DNA of 64,000 nucleotides from SAR324 cluster bacterium (GCA_015231885.1 JADGAT010000012.1:5890-69889), one strand, 5' to 3'; positions 27,351 to 35,918 are shown, counted from the stretch's first letter. Notes: generated by a model from the sequence alone, not told the origin. Numbers and translations: made by a program.

Positions 27351-30300
27351 TTCTCAATGAGACTGAAGTGGACCAGTTGTTGAATCATTTTAACAACACC
27401 AGGGCAGATTTTCCCAAAGACAAAACCCTTGTTCATCTGTATGAGGAACAGGCGGCAAAAACTCCCGATGCGATTGCTGTAGTTTTCGATGATCAGGGAT
27501 ACACGTATCAGGAGATCAATGAAAGGGCCAATCAACTCGCCCATTTCTTGAAAAATCGCTACTACATCGGACCAGGGGATTTTGTGGCAATCATTCTCGA
27601 TCGCAGTGAATGGATCGTAGTCGCGATGCTGGGGATTCTCAAGGCAGGGGGAGCTTATTTACCGATTGAACCCGATACGCCGCTCATTCGAATTCAGCAT
27701 ATGCTTGACGACACCAGGGCATCAGTGGTCTTGAGCAAAGAAATGTTGGTTGGAAACCGCTCATTTTCTCACTATCAGGAGGATATTTCCAATTCCATCA
27801 CCCCATTCATAGCTCCGGCAAGACCCACTATCATCGATCTGGATTCAATCCCTCACCCCAACCGGACTTTGATTGACTATGATAAATACGCCCCTCACAT
27901 CCAGCAGGCGATGGTCAGTAATTGCGTTTCGGTGATGGCCACTCGAGGCTGCCCGTTCAAGTGTGCATACTGTCACATGATTATGTCTAAAACGCACAAA
28001 TTTCGCACTGCAGAACATATTTTTGAAGAAATTGCGATGCTTTATGAGACTGGTTGCCGACGGTTTTCTTTTGTTGATGACATCTTCAATGTCAATCGCA
28101 AAAATACCAAAGATTTTTTTAAGTTGGTGATCGATCATAAACTGGATGTTCAGTTCTTTTTTCCCAATGGTGTTCGAGGAGATATTCTCAGTCCTGATTA
28201 CATAGATTTGATGGTGGAGGCAGGGACGGTCAGTATGGCTTTTGCCCTGGAAACCGCTTCTCCAAGATTACAAAAATTTATTGATAAACGAATGAGGATC
28301 GATAAATTGAATGAGGCAATTCAATATACCACGAAAAACCACCCGCATGTGATCACGGAATTGTTCTCCATGCATGGGTTCCCTACAGAGACTGAGGAAG
28401 AAGCAATGATGACGCTTGATTTCATCAAGAGTATTCACTGGCTTGATTTTCCCTATGTCCACATGGTCCATATCTATCCCAATACAGAGATGGTCAAATT
28501 GGCCGCCCAGGCCAATATTTCGGAAGAGGCAATTGAACGATCTAAAAGTCTCTACTATCATGAAATTCCCGAAACAATACCATTTTCCAAGAGCTTCACT
28601 CGAAAATATCAGGCTGCCTTTGTCAATGATTATTTTCTCAATCGAGAACGATTATTGTCGGTCCTTCCCAATCAGATGAAGGTGCTCACTGAAAACGAAA
28701 TTGTTCAAAAATATGATAGCTATCTACCTGTTGAGATTCAATCCTTCGAGGATCTTCTCAATTTTATCGGAGTCCAAAAAGGAGACTTGGGAGAAGTAGA
28801 ATTTCGAAAAATCGAAGAATTCCATGTCCCGCATCTGAATGACAAGCTCAAAAAATATTTTCCCGGTTCTCAACCTGAACCGGGTGCATACAAAATTTTA
28901 CTATTGGATTTGTCGCAGTTTTTCAGTCATGAAAGCTACATGATCGATCACCTGATCGAAGTGCCATTGGGGTTAATGTGTCTCTTGACCTATCTTGAGG
29001 AGAAACTTGGAAATAAAATAGAAGGGAAAATTATTAAATCCCGATTGGATTTTGACAACTTCAACGAATTGAAAAAAATAATTGAGGACTTCCAACCGGA
29101 TTTGATTGGCGTGCGGGCCCTCAGTTTGTACCGCGACTTCTTCCACAAAACCATTTCTTTAATTAGACAATGGGGAATTGATGTTCCCATTGTGGGAGGG
29201 GGACCTTATGCCAGCAGCAGTTATACAACTATGTTGAGCGATTCCAATATCGATATTTTAGTCAATGGTGAAGGCGAAGAAACTTTTTATGAACTGATCA
29301 AGATCATCATGGACAATGATCGAAAATTGCCCGAAACAGAGGTTTTAAAAAGGATTCAAGGCATCGTCTTTGTGGAAAACAAAAAGCAGCTCTTTGCCGA
29401 GAAGGCTTTTTACCGCCACGTCCTTTTCCTAGAGTATTTGGAAGAAACCCTGTCTCAACAGCCCTCTGAAAATTTGAACAGCCATCCTGTCCCTCAAGAT
29501 TTAGCTTATGTCCTCTACACTTCAGGATCAACAGGATTTCCTAAAGGGTGTCTGATTACCCATCAGAATGTGGTGAGGTTGATCAAAAACGACAAGCATT
29601 TGTTTGATTTTAACAATCAAGATGTTTGGATCATGGCCCATTCCTACAGTTTTGATTTTTCAGTGTGGGAACTCTACGGTGCAATGCTTTATGGAGGCAT
29701 GGTGGTTATTCCGCTTCGGGATGAAATCCAGGACACCGCAAAATTTTTAGGAAAAATAAAAAAGTACCAGGTCACCATTCTGAACCAAACTCCGCCAGCT
29801 TTTATAAATTTTATTAAACAGGCGATCAATGAGGAAGAAAAGCGACTGGACGATCATCTGAGATATGTAATTTTTGGAGGAGACAAATTTGAACCTTCCT
29901 ATATGAAGCCCTGGGTTGAGGTGTATCCCTTATCCAAAATTCAGCTCATTAATATGTACGGAATTACTGAAACCACCGTTCACGTCAGTTTTTGCCGAAT
30001 CACTGAAAGTGATATATTCTCCCCCGAAGTCATCAGTCCGTTAGGACATCCTATTCCGGAAACTACCGTCTATATCTGTGACGAAAACATGAACCTGTTG
30101 CCTGTTGGTGTCCCTGGAGAAATGTATGTGGGTGGAACTGGATTGGGGAAAGGATACCTGAATCAGCCGGAATTGACCTCCCAGCGTTTCATCAGCAATC
30201 CTTTTGAAGAAAACAGTCGCCTTTACAAGACAGGGGACCTTGGAAGATGGCTTTCTGATGGGAGCTTGGAATACCTGGGGCGTAATGACGATCAGGTACA

Positions 30301-32254
30301 AATCCGGGGCTTTCGTGTCGAATTAGGAGAAATCAAGGCAAGAATTTTGGAATACTTTCGGGTTCAAGATGCCTTTGTCACCGCAAAAGATCTGGGAAGA
30401 GAGCATCAGGAACTGGTAGCCTATCTTGTTAGCAATGACGAGGTCAGCGTGACAGAACTCCGAGTGCATTTGAAACAACTGCTTCCTGACTATATGATCC
30501 CGGCCTATTTCGTCCCTGTTAATGAAATCCCCTTAACCCCCAACAACAAAGTTGATAGGAAGGCGCTGCCGGAACCAATAGCCCTGAGTTTGGATCTTGG
30601 TACAGATTACCATCCTCCCCGGAATGAATTGGAACAGCAGATTGCCATCATCTGGCAGGAAGTTTTAGGTCATAACCGAGTGGGGATTCATGACAATTAT
30701 TTTGCTCTTGGAGGGGATTCCATCAAGGCGATTCAGGTAGTCTCAAAATTCTATGAAAGGAACTTAAAGTTTGAAATTCGGCATCTCTTTAAGCATCAGA
30801 CGATTGCAGAATTGGTTCAGGATGTTGTCGTTGCGGAACGTAAAATTGACCAGAATGAGGTCACTGGTATTGTGCCGCTTACCGCAATTCAAACCTGGTT
30901 TTTTGAGCAATACCAACAGGAAAGGCAACACTATAATCAATCAGAATTGCTGGTTTCAAAAAAGCGGTTTGATCCGGAGGCTTTGCGTGCTGTTCTTACA
31001 AAAATTCAGGAGCACCATGATGCTCTGAGAATACGTTTTCGTTTTGAAGGAAAAAACATTATTCAGGAAATCTCAGGGTTGGATCATCCACTGAGTTTTG
31101 AAGTTATCGATCTTAGAGAAACAAAAGATGGAAATTCCCGGATGAATTCTCATATCAATTCAACCCATGCTCATATCAATTTGGAAAAAGGACCTTTAAT
31201 GAATGTGGTCTTGTATCAGTTGGAAGATGCTGATCGCTTATTGATGGTTATCCATCACCTGGTTATTGATGGGGTGTCATGGAGGATTTTATCCAATGAC
31301 ATTGCTCAGGGGTACCATCTCTTTACCCTTGGTAAGCCTATTCGTTTTAACTCAAAGACGGATTCTTTCAAATACTGGTCTGAGCAAATTCGACAATACT
31401 GCCAGACCGAGGAGTTGCTGAAGGAAAAAATGTATTGGAATACCATCGAATCGACGCACGTCAAAGCTCTTCCCAGGGATTTTAGCACTCCCGGGAAAAG
31501 TCTCCTGGAGCATACTCAAACCAGGACGATTGTCTTTTCAGAAAATGAAACTGGTGCTCTTCTCACACAGAGCAATCATGCCTTCAATACCCAAGTCAAT
31601 GACCTGCTGTTGACTGCTTTGGCGCGGACTATGACCCAATGGCATGGTGACCAGACAACCCCAATCATGTTAGAGGGGCACGGTAGGGAAGCATTCCACG
31701 ATTTGAATATCAGCCGAACCGTCGGTTGGTTCACGACCCTCTTCCCGGTAATTTTGCAACTCCCCCGTTCAGACGAATTGGACCATCAAATCAAACACAT
31801 TAAGGAATTGCTGAGGAAGGTTCCCAACAAAGGAATGGGTTATGGTCTTTTGCGTTATCTCTCTTCGAAAACTGAAAAAGGCGATTTGTCGTCTCACAAA
31901 CAGCCTCTAATCAGTTTTAATTATTTAGGGCAGTTCGATGAAGAATCCAGTGAACTCTTTCGCCCTGCAGAAGAATCCTCAGGAGATGCTATTAGTCCCA
32001 GAGCGGCTTTTCTTTATGATTTAGAAATCAACGGCCTTGTGGCGAATAGACAATTAGAATTTTCTATTCGATACAATGCTCAGCACTACAAATCTGAAAC
32101 TATTGATCAAATTGGAGCTTCCTTTAAGAAACATCTGGTAGAAATCGTTCTCTACTGCAGACAGATCAAAGAGAGTCATCTCACCCCCAGCGATATAGAT
32201 TATGATGGCTTGAACATCGAGGAACTGGAGGAGGTGTTAGACAGCTTGCCATAA
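26636..32254 (+). CDS. NRPS: (C-domain C-terminal remnant)-A(Thr code, interrupted by a radical-SAM/B12 insert)-PCP-E
   Basis: The N-terminal ~240 aa resembles only the C-terminal half of a C domain (FKDFWSKQL..., YTHQNFPLDLV) and lacks HHxxxDG. A motifs A1-A2 lie before ~27700 and A3-A10 run from 29505 to 30580. Pocket D-F-W-N-I-G-M-V-H. PCP YFALGGDSIKA (~30700). E-domain motifs PLTAIQTWFFE, HHLVIDGVSW, EGHGRE, RTVGWFTTLFPV, FNYLGQFD (~30840-32230). Confidence 0.95.
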   Translation: MDNSRISLTSSEYGHFKDFWSKQLRLLDDSFQFTLNKSVGSQTRQMKQISFCLEVSQQETISDITRDSPLETFIILLSAYYILLSRYMNTNEVVVNTPLLSQKSIDTLYAPHVSLIGSISPEDSLKDLIIKTNQTVSNSYTHQNFPLDLVTSQKQLKHLDQLTNVFMTFDEIHRAPEDLGLYDFVIEINRPPESLLTQIKIRYNAGMFDEPFMLNLITHYKNIVSDFKDLKSSLKNVKILNETEVDQLLNHFNNTRADFPKDKTLVHLYEEQAAKTPDAIAVVFDDQGYTYQEINERANQLAHFLKNRYYIGPGDFVAIILDRSEWIVVAMLGILKAGGAYLPIEPDTPLIRIQHMLDDTRASVVLSKEMLVGNRSFSHYQEDISNSITPFIAPARPTIIDLDSIPHPNRTLIDYDKYAPHIQQAMVSNCVSVMATRGCPFKCAYCHMIMSKTHKFRTAEHIFEEIAMLYETGCRRFSFVDDIFNVNRKNTKDFFKLVIDHKLDVQFFFPNGVRGDILSPDYIDLMVEAGTVSMAFALETASPRLQKFIDKRMRIDKLNEAIQYTTKNHPHVITELFSMHGFPTETEEEAMMTLDFIKSIHWLDFPYVHMVHIYPNTEMVKLAAQANISEEAIERSKSLYYHEIPETIPFSKSFTRKYQAAFVNDYFLNRERLLSVLPNQMKVLTENEIVQKYDSYLPVEIQSFEDLLNFIGVQKGDLGEVEFRKIEEFHVPHLNDKLKKYFPGSQPEPGAYKILLLDLSQFFSHESYMIDHLIEVPLGLMCLLTYLEEKLGNKIEGKIIKSRLDFDNFNELKKIIEDFQPDLIGVRALSLYRDFFHKTISLIRQWGIDVPIVGGGPYASSSYTTMLSDSNIDILVNGEGEETFYELIKIIMDNDRKLPETEVLKRIQGIVFVENKKQLFAEKAFYRHVLFLEYLEETLSQQPSENLNSHPVPQDLAYVLYTSGSTGFPKGCLITHQNVVRLIKNDKHLFDFNNQDVWIMAHSYSFDFSVWELYGAMLYGGMVVIPLRDEIQDTAKFLGKIKKYQVTILNQTPPAFINFIKQAINEEEKRLDDHLRYVIFGGDKFEPSYMKPWVEVYPLSKIQLINMYGITETTVHVSFCRITESDIFSPEVISPLGHPIPETTVYICDENMNLLPVGVPGEMYVGGTGLGKGYLNQPELTSQRFISNPFEENSRLYKTGDLGRWLSDGSLEYLGRNDDQVQIRGFRVELGEIKARILEYFRVQDAFVTAKDLGREHQELVAYLVSNDEVSVTELRVHLKQLLPDYMIPAYFVPVNEIPLTPNNKVDRKALPEPIALSLDLGTDYHPPRNELEQQIAIIWQEVLGHNRVGIHDNYFALGGDSIKAIQVVSKFYERNLKFEIRHLFKHQTIAELVQDVVVAERKIDQNEVTGIVPLTAIQTWFFEQYQQERQHYNQSELLVSKKRFDPEALRAVLTKIQEHHDALRIRFRFEGKNIIQEISGLDHPLSFEVIDLRETKDGNSRMNSHINSTHAHINLEKGPLMNVVLYQLEDADRLLMVIHHLVIDGVSWRILSNDIAQGYHLFTLGKPIRFNSKTDSFKYWSEQIRQYCQTEELLKEKMYWNTIESTHVKALPRDFSTPGKSLLEHTQTRTIVFSENETGALLTQSNHAFNTQVNDLLLTALARTMTQWHGDQTTPIMLEGHGREAFHDLNISRTVGWFTTLFPVILQLPRSDELDHQIKHIKELLRKVPNKGMGYGLLRYLSSKTEKGDLSSHKQPLISFNYLGQFDEESSELFRPAEESSGDAISPRAAFLYDLEINGLVANRQLEFSIRYNAQHYKSETIDQIGASFKKHLVEIVLYCRQIKESHLTPSDIDYDGLNIEELEEVLDSLP
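27860..29460 (+). other. ~530-aa insert in the A2-A3 loop of the Thr-code A domain: a class-B-like radical SAM core followed by a B12-binding Rossmann domain (order permuted relative to canonical B12-rSAM enzymes)
   Basis: CxxxCxxC at nt 27950-27973 (ATRGCPFKCAYC). ETGCRRFSFVDDIFNVNRK. AFALETASPRL...MHGFPTETEEEAMMTL. Then ILLLDLS...DLIGVRALS...VPIVGGGPYAS...DILVNGEGEETFYEL (B12-binding-type motifs). The A domain resumes with SENLNSHPVPQDLAYVLYTSGSTGFPKG. Confidence 0.8.
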
Positions 32255-32287
32255 ACAAGTCAAATGTCTTTTTTAGGAAAGTATCTG

Positions 32288-32306
32288 TCATTTCATAAGG
32301 AAATGA
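32288..32306. terminator. AT-rich 7-bp hairpin (TCATTTC-ataag-GAAATGA) between the convergent genes ending at 32254 (+) and 32324 (-)
   Basis: The inverted repeat was read directly. A T-run lies just upstream (gtcttttttagg). It is a weak, possibly bidirectional terminator. Confidence 0.3.
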
Positions 32307-32323
32307 TACGACCTTCAGAAGAC

Positions 32324-33430
32324 TCAAGGCTGGTAGGTTTCTTTTAGAATCTTATTGATTAAAACATCATGAAACCGGTCGGGTTCTTCATAGGGAACCA
32401 GATGGGCTGATTTTTCAAAGGGGATCAGTTCCTTGTGGGGCGCTTTCAGTTTCTCGAGATATTCCTTCACTAACACAAACGCGGTTTGATAATCCCGTCT
32501 ACCTTGTAAAATGTAAATGGGAATTTTCAATTCAGAAATCTCATTCATCACATTGAAATCCAACATTGGATCATATAAAAGCTTGACGGAAAATTCTTCT
32601 CCATCGAAATATCCCAATTTATCGAGAAAAGAATATTCTCTAAAAAATACCAGAGGCTTGCCAATGAGGTTATTGAAATCCTCAGGATTGTATGCGGCTC
32701 CTCCAAACTCTCTGACCCATCTTCGTTGTTGGAGCATTGCCATGGGACCATCTTTGTATCGTCCATTGATAGGAGCCTCCAGACCCTCTAACTCCTTGAT
32801 GGCTTCCTGATTCCCGGATTCTTTTGCGGTTTTTAAAACAAATTGGTAACTGAGAGTTTCACTTTTTTTGTGATCGGTGACCTGCCCAATCCCTATATAG
32901 GCATAGTAGTCCTCAGGATACAGGTCAACTGTGCGGATGCCCAAATAGGATCCCCAGGAGTGTCCCAGGAGATAAATTTTGTTTTGCTGAAATCGTCTTT
33001 TCAGATACTGAGTCAGTTCATGGGTATCGGAAATTAATTGTTCAATGGTCATCGTCTCTTTGGAAATACCCGGAGAGAAAGACCTTCCTGCCCCTCTCTG
33101 ATCCCAGTTGACGACAATAAAATGCTTTTCCAATTCCTTGTTGTGATAGACAAAGTGGGGCCCCTGTGGAGTTCCCGGGCCACCATGAAGCATGAGCAGG
33201 ACAGGATTTTTAACATTCCTTCCCCTCATTAAAACAAACTGTTTCAAATTTCCTAATTCTACATTTTCTATTGCAGCGACGCTTCCCTGAATTTCTCTGC
33301 CTGTGTCATCTTCAATCCGTGGAGTGGTTCCAGGACTGATCATGATCATGGCGAATAGTAAAATGGCCGCCAGTCCACCCAAACTGATGAGAATCCAGAT
33401 TACAAAATTTATACTTTTTTTCATTTGCAT
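32324..33430 (-). CDS. Membrane-anchored alpha/beta-hydrolase (S33 / proline-iminopeptidase-like)
   Basis: Preferred start is Met15/Met17 (MQMKKSINFVIWILISLGG). That start lies 4 nt after the upstream stop and avoids the overlap implied by the ORF-track start at 33472. N-terminal TM. HGGPG oxyanion motif. GHSWGS nucleophile elbow. Confidence 0.75.
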   Translation of the reverse strand: MQMKKSINFVIWILISLGGLAAILLFAMIMISPGTTPRIEDDTGREIQGSVAAIENVELGNLKQFVLMRGRNVKNPVLLMLHGGPGTPQGPHFVYHNKELEKHFIVVNWDQRGAGRSFSPGISKETMTIEQLISDTHELTQYLKRRFQQNKIYLLGHSWGSYLGIRTVDLYPEDYYAYIGIGQVTDHKKSETLSYQFVLKTAKESGNQEAIKELEGLEAPINGRYKDGPMAMLQQRRWVREFGGAAYNPEDFNNLIGKPLVFFREYSFLDKLGYFDGEEFSVKLLYDPMLDFNVMNEISELKIPIYILQGRRDYQTAFVLVKEYLEKLKAPHKELIPFEKSAHLVPYEEPDRFHDVLINKILKETYQP

Positions 33431-33434
33431 CTTC

Positions 33435-34058
33435 TTAAATGAAAACTTCTTTCGCAACTTTTCCAATGACATTGGTCACCATGGCGTCTGTAACACCACC
33501 CACGATTCCTCCTGCGATGGGGACCGCTCTCACTAAACCTATTCCTCCTTTCTCTCCAAATTTTGTCACCAATCGAAACCCCACAGCTTTATTGACTTCT
33601 TTAAAGACTGCGAGAGGGGTTTTTTTTATCATTTGTTGGGTGAATTTGACCCCGACCTGAATGCCGAAATCGATGAACAAATCTTTGATCGCATTTCCAC
33701 AAAGGCAGGCAAAAATCAAAGTTTTCACCTTCTCATCTTTAACATCATGCTCTGCCATGATCGCAATGGCGGCGATCATTCGAATTTGTATAAATAGAAT
33801 GCATGCCGTATTGGCAGGAATAACTACAGGAAGAAGTAAAAGTCCAGAAACCCCCCCGACGAATCCATTTGCAGCTGTTTTTGCATTTTGCCATCGAATA
33901 AAAGAATTAACTCGCGATTCTAGCGTTCCTCCTTCTTTGATATGTTTTTGAGCCAGGTCTTCAGCAGAATCCAAAAGTGGCACTCCAGGATCCAACGCCT
34001 TTTCATAGGCCCACTCTAAAGTATTATTAATTTTAATTTCCAGTTTTTCTTTGTTCAT
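33435..34058 (-). CDS. EcsC-like glycine-rich protein, distantly related to the four DUF697-like paralogs
   Basis: 207 aa. ATG at 34058. GFVGGVSGLLLLPVVIPANTACILFIQIRMIAAIAIM...VPIAGGIVGGVTDAMVTNVIGK. The EcsC-family assignment is from memory. The layout (G-rich, IP.P, QxRMI, conserved acidic run) echoes the DUF697-like domains. Confidence 0.55.
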   Translation of the reverse strand: MNKEKLEIKINNTLEWAYEKALDPGVPLLDSAEDLAQKHIKEGGTLESRVNSFIRWQNAKTAANGFVGGVSGLLLLPVVIPANTACILFIQIRMIAAIAIMAEHDVKDEKVKTLIFACLCGNAIKDLFIDFGIQVGVKFTQQMIKKTPLAVFKEVNKAVGFRLVTKFGEKGGIGLVRAVPIAGGIVGGVTDAMVTNVIGKVAKEVFI

Positions 34059-34095
34059 ACATGCGTTTACTTGACCCGCCAGTTAGGGTCAATTT

Positions 34096-34893
34096 TTATA
34101 ATTCAAGGGTGTCCTGGACATTTTCCCAGTCAAAACCCTGGGAAAGCAGGTTATCTTTCATCTGGATCAAAAGGGATTGGAGGCGTTTTGAAATATAATT
34201 CCTGTTTCTTCCAAGAACTATAGAGATCTGTTTGATCGAATGGCCACTAAAAAATTTCATTTTTAACATCAACTGATCGTCCTCTTCCAATTCCTTAATT
34301 AATCCTTCAAGCGTGGATTTGATTTTTTCGGCAGCCGCTTTTTTAATAGCTGCCGTAATTACCGATTCCGGAGTTGTTTCTTCTGCAAAATCTTGAACTT
34401 CATCGTGTGATGTAATATGCAGCTTCGGTGTTCGCTTCAAATGAGCGATCATTTTTTCCCATTTTTCTCGACTTAGCTGTAAATTGTGATTGATTGTTAA
34501 AATATGGTAGGCTTCCTCGGCAGTATACCTTTCTTTATGCACCAATTCTTCAAACTTAACAGCTACCTCTCCCAGTTTCTCCGCATTTTTAGAAGGGCGC
34601 CAGCGCCCGTTTATGCTGCGGAACTTGTCAATAAAAAGACGACTGACGACGGTGTATAAATAAGTTTGAAACGAAGACCGGCCATCATAGGCGCGAAGGA
34701 TAGCATAATTTTTGTCGACTAACCTAAAATGAATATGAGAAATAAATTCCTCAGCTTCCTGATGAAAAACCCTGTGACGTGCACAAGTGCTCATGATCAC
34801 TTTTTGCAGGTCTTCAAAATATTTTTCAAAAAGGTCTGACGGTTGATTCAACGGCTGATTGATTTTTCGTACCTGATTTTTGGGAATGCTCAT
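34096..34893 (-). CDS. ECF-type sigma-70 family factor with a long sigma2-sigma4 linker
   Basis: Region 2 FQTYLYTVVSRLFIDKFR. Region 4 HTH DQLMLKMKFFSGHSIKQISIVLGRNRNYISKRLQSL. 265 aa. Transcribed divergently from the anti-sigma gene. Confidence 0.75.
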   Translation of the reverse strand: MSIPKNQVRKINQPLNQPSDLFEKYFEDLQKVIMSTCARHRVFHQEAEEFISHIHFRLVDKNYAILRAYDGRSSFQTYLYTVVSRLFIDKFRSINGRWRPSKNAEKLGEVAVKFEELVHKERYTAEEAYHILTINHNLQLSREKWEKMIAHLKRTPKLHITSHDEVQDFAEETTPESVITAAIKKAAAEKIKSTLEGLIKELEEDDQLMLKMKFFSGHSIKQISIVLGRNRNYISKRLQSLLIQMKDNLLSQGFDWENVQDTLEL

Positions 34894-35114
34894 GTAATCA
34901 AATTGATCGAATTCTCACCAATTGAGGGTCGTTTTCTCAAAAAATGAATTTTGTCGTGTTTTAAAACCTGCATCTAATTAAATTAACAAATAAAAAGTTT
35001 CAATTTCTATTGTTTGAAGGTTTAGGCAAAAACAAAACATGTCCGTATAATTAAATAGGGGAAGAAAGTCACATGAATTCTTAAAAATTTGAAAAAAAGT
35101 ATGGAGGAAAGCTT

Positions 35115-35870
35115 ATGAGCGCTATTTGTCCTTCTATATCAAAGATTGCTGCTTTTGCTGAAGGGAAGGGAGAAGGAGAAGAGCACAGGAGTCTGGTTTA
35201 TCATGTCAACCGATGCGAAAGCTGTTACCATGTTTTATCCGAAATTTTGTATGCACAAAAACAATTTCCAGGATTAATTCCTGATATAGATTCAGAAATT
35301 TGGGAACAGATACCTGATACAGAAAGTTCAGCTGCTGCAGTAGATCCGTACTCCAAAGGTCGACATCTTCAAGTTTTAAAGGAGGCTTCCAGGAAAGATA
35401 TACAAGGAACCGTCATTATAAAAAACAATGTGCTTTTTGCCATTGGCACCGGTTTGATTCCAATACCTCTGCTGGATATACTGGGAACCTCTGCGATTCA
35501 ACTGAAAATGCTCAACCAGCTCTCATCACTTTATCAGATTCCGTTTTCCAAACATCTGGGAAAATCTTTGATTGGTATATTGCTTGGAGGATTAGGGGTC
35601 AGCGGTTTGTCTCGCACAGGATGGAGCTTTGCTAAACTGTTTCCCGGACTGGGGATGGCAGGAGGAATAGTGATGATGCCATTGGCAACAGGAGCATCGA
35701 CTTACGCAGTTGGCAAAATTTTTCATCAGCATTTTGCATTGGGCGGTACCTTCCTGGATTTCAACCCGAAAACAGTGAAGAATCATTTTTCAGATTTATA
35801 TTCAGAAGGTCATACTATTGTTTCGAAAATTAACTCTGAAAACTCTAAGAGTCATTTTCAAATTGCTTAG
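35115..35870 (+). CDS. zf-HC2 anti-sigma-factor N-terminal domain fused to a DUF697/EcsC-like glycine-rich domain (paralog 4)
   Basis: N-terminal HVNRCESCYHVL (H-x3-C-x2-C, putative zinc-finger anti-sigma motif). GGAAAG SD. C-terminal NVLFAIGTGLIPIPLLDILGTSAIQLKMLNQLSSLYQ...GGTFLDFNPKTVKNHF. Confidence 0.7.
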   Translation: MSAICPSISKIAAFAEGKGEGEEHRSLVYHVNRCESCYHVLSEILYAQKQFPGLIPDIDSEIWEQIPDTESSAAAVDPYSKGRHLQVLKEASRKDIQGTVIIKNNVLFAIGTGLIPIPLLDILGTSAIQLKMLNQLSSLYQIPFSKHLGKSLIGILLGGLGVSGLSRTGWSFAKLFPGLGMAGGIVMMPLATGASTYAVGKIFHQHFALGGTFLDFNPKTVKNHFSDLYSEGHTIVSKINSENSKSHFQIA

Positions 35871-35918
35871 ATTGAAGCAGACGTTTTATTGAAAAAATTT
35901 GGTTTCTTAAAGGAAGTA

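Noticed and set aside
35040-35060. TATAAT hexamer (gtccgTATAATt) in the sigma/anti-sigma intergenic region as a promoter -10
   Set aside because: No acceptable -35 lies at 16-19-bp spacing. The region is AT-rich, so hexamer matches are expected by chance. It is left unannotated.
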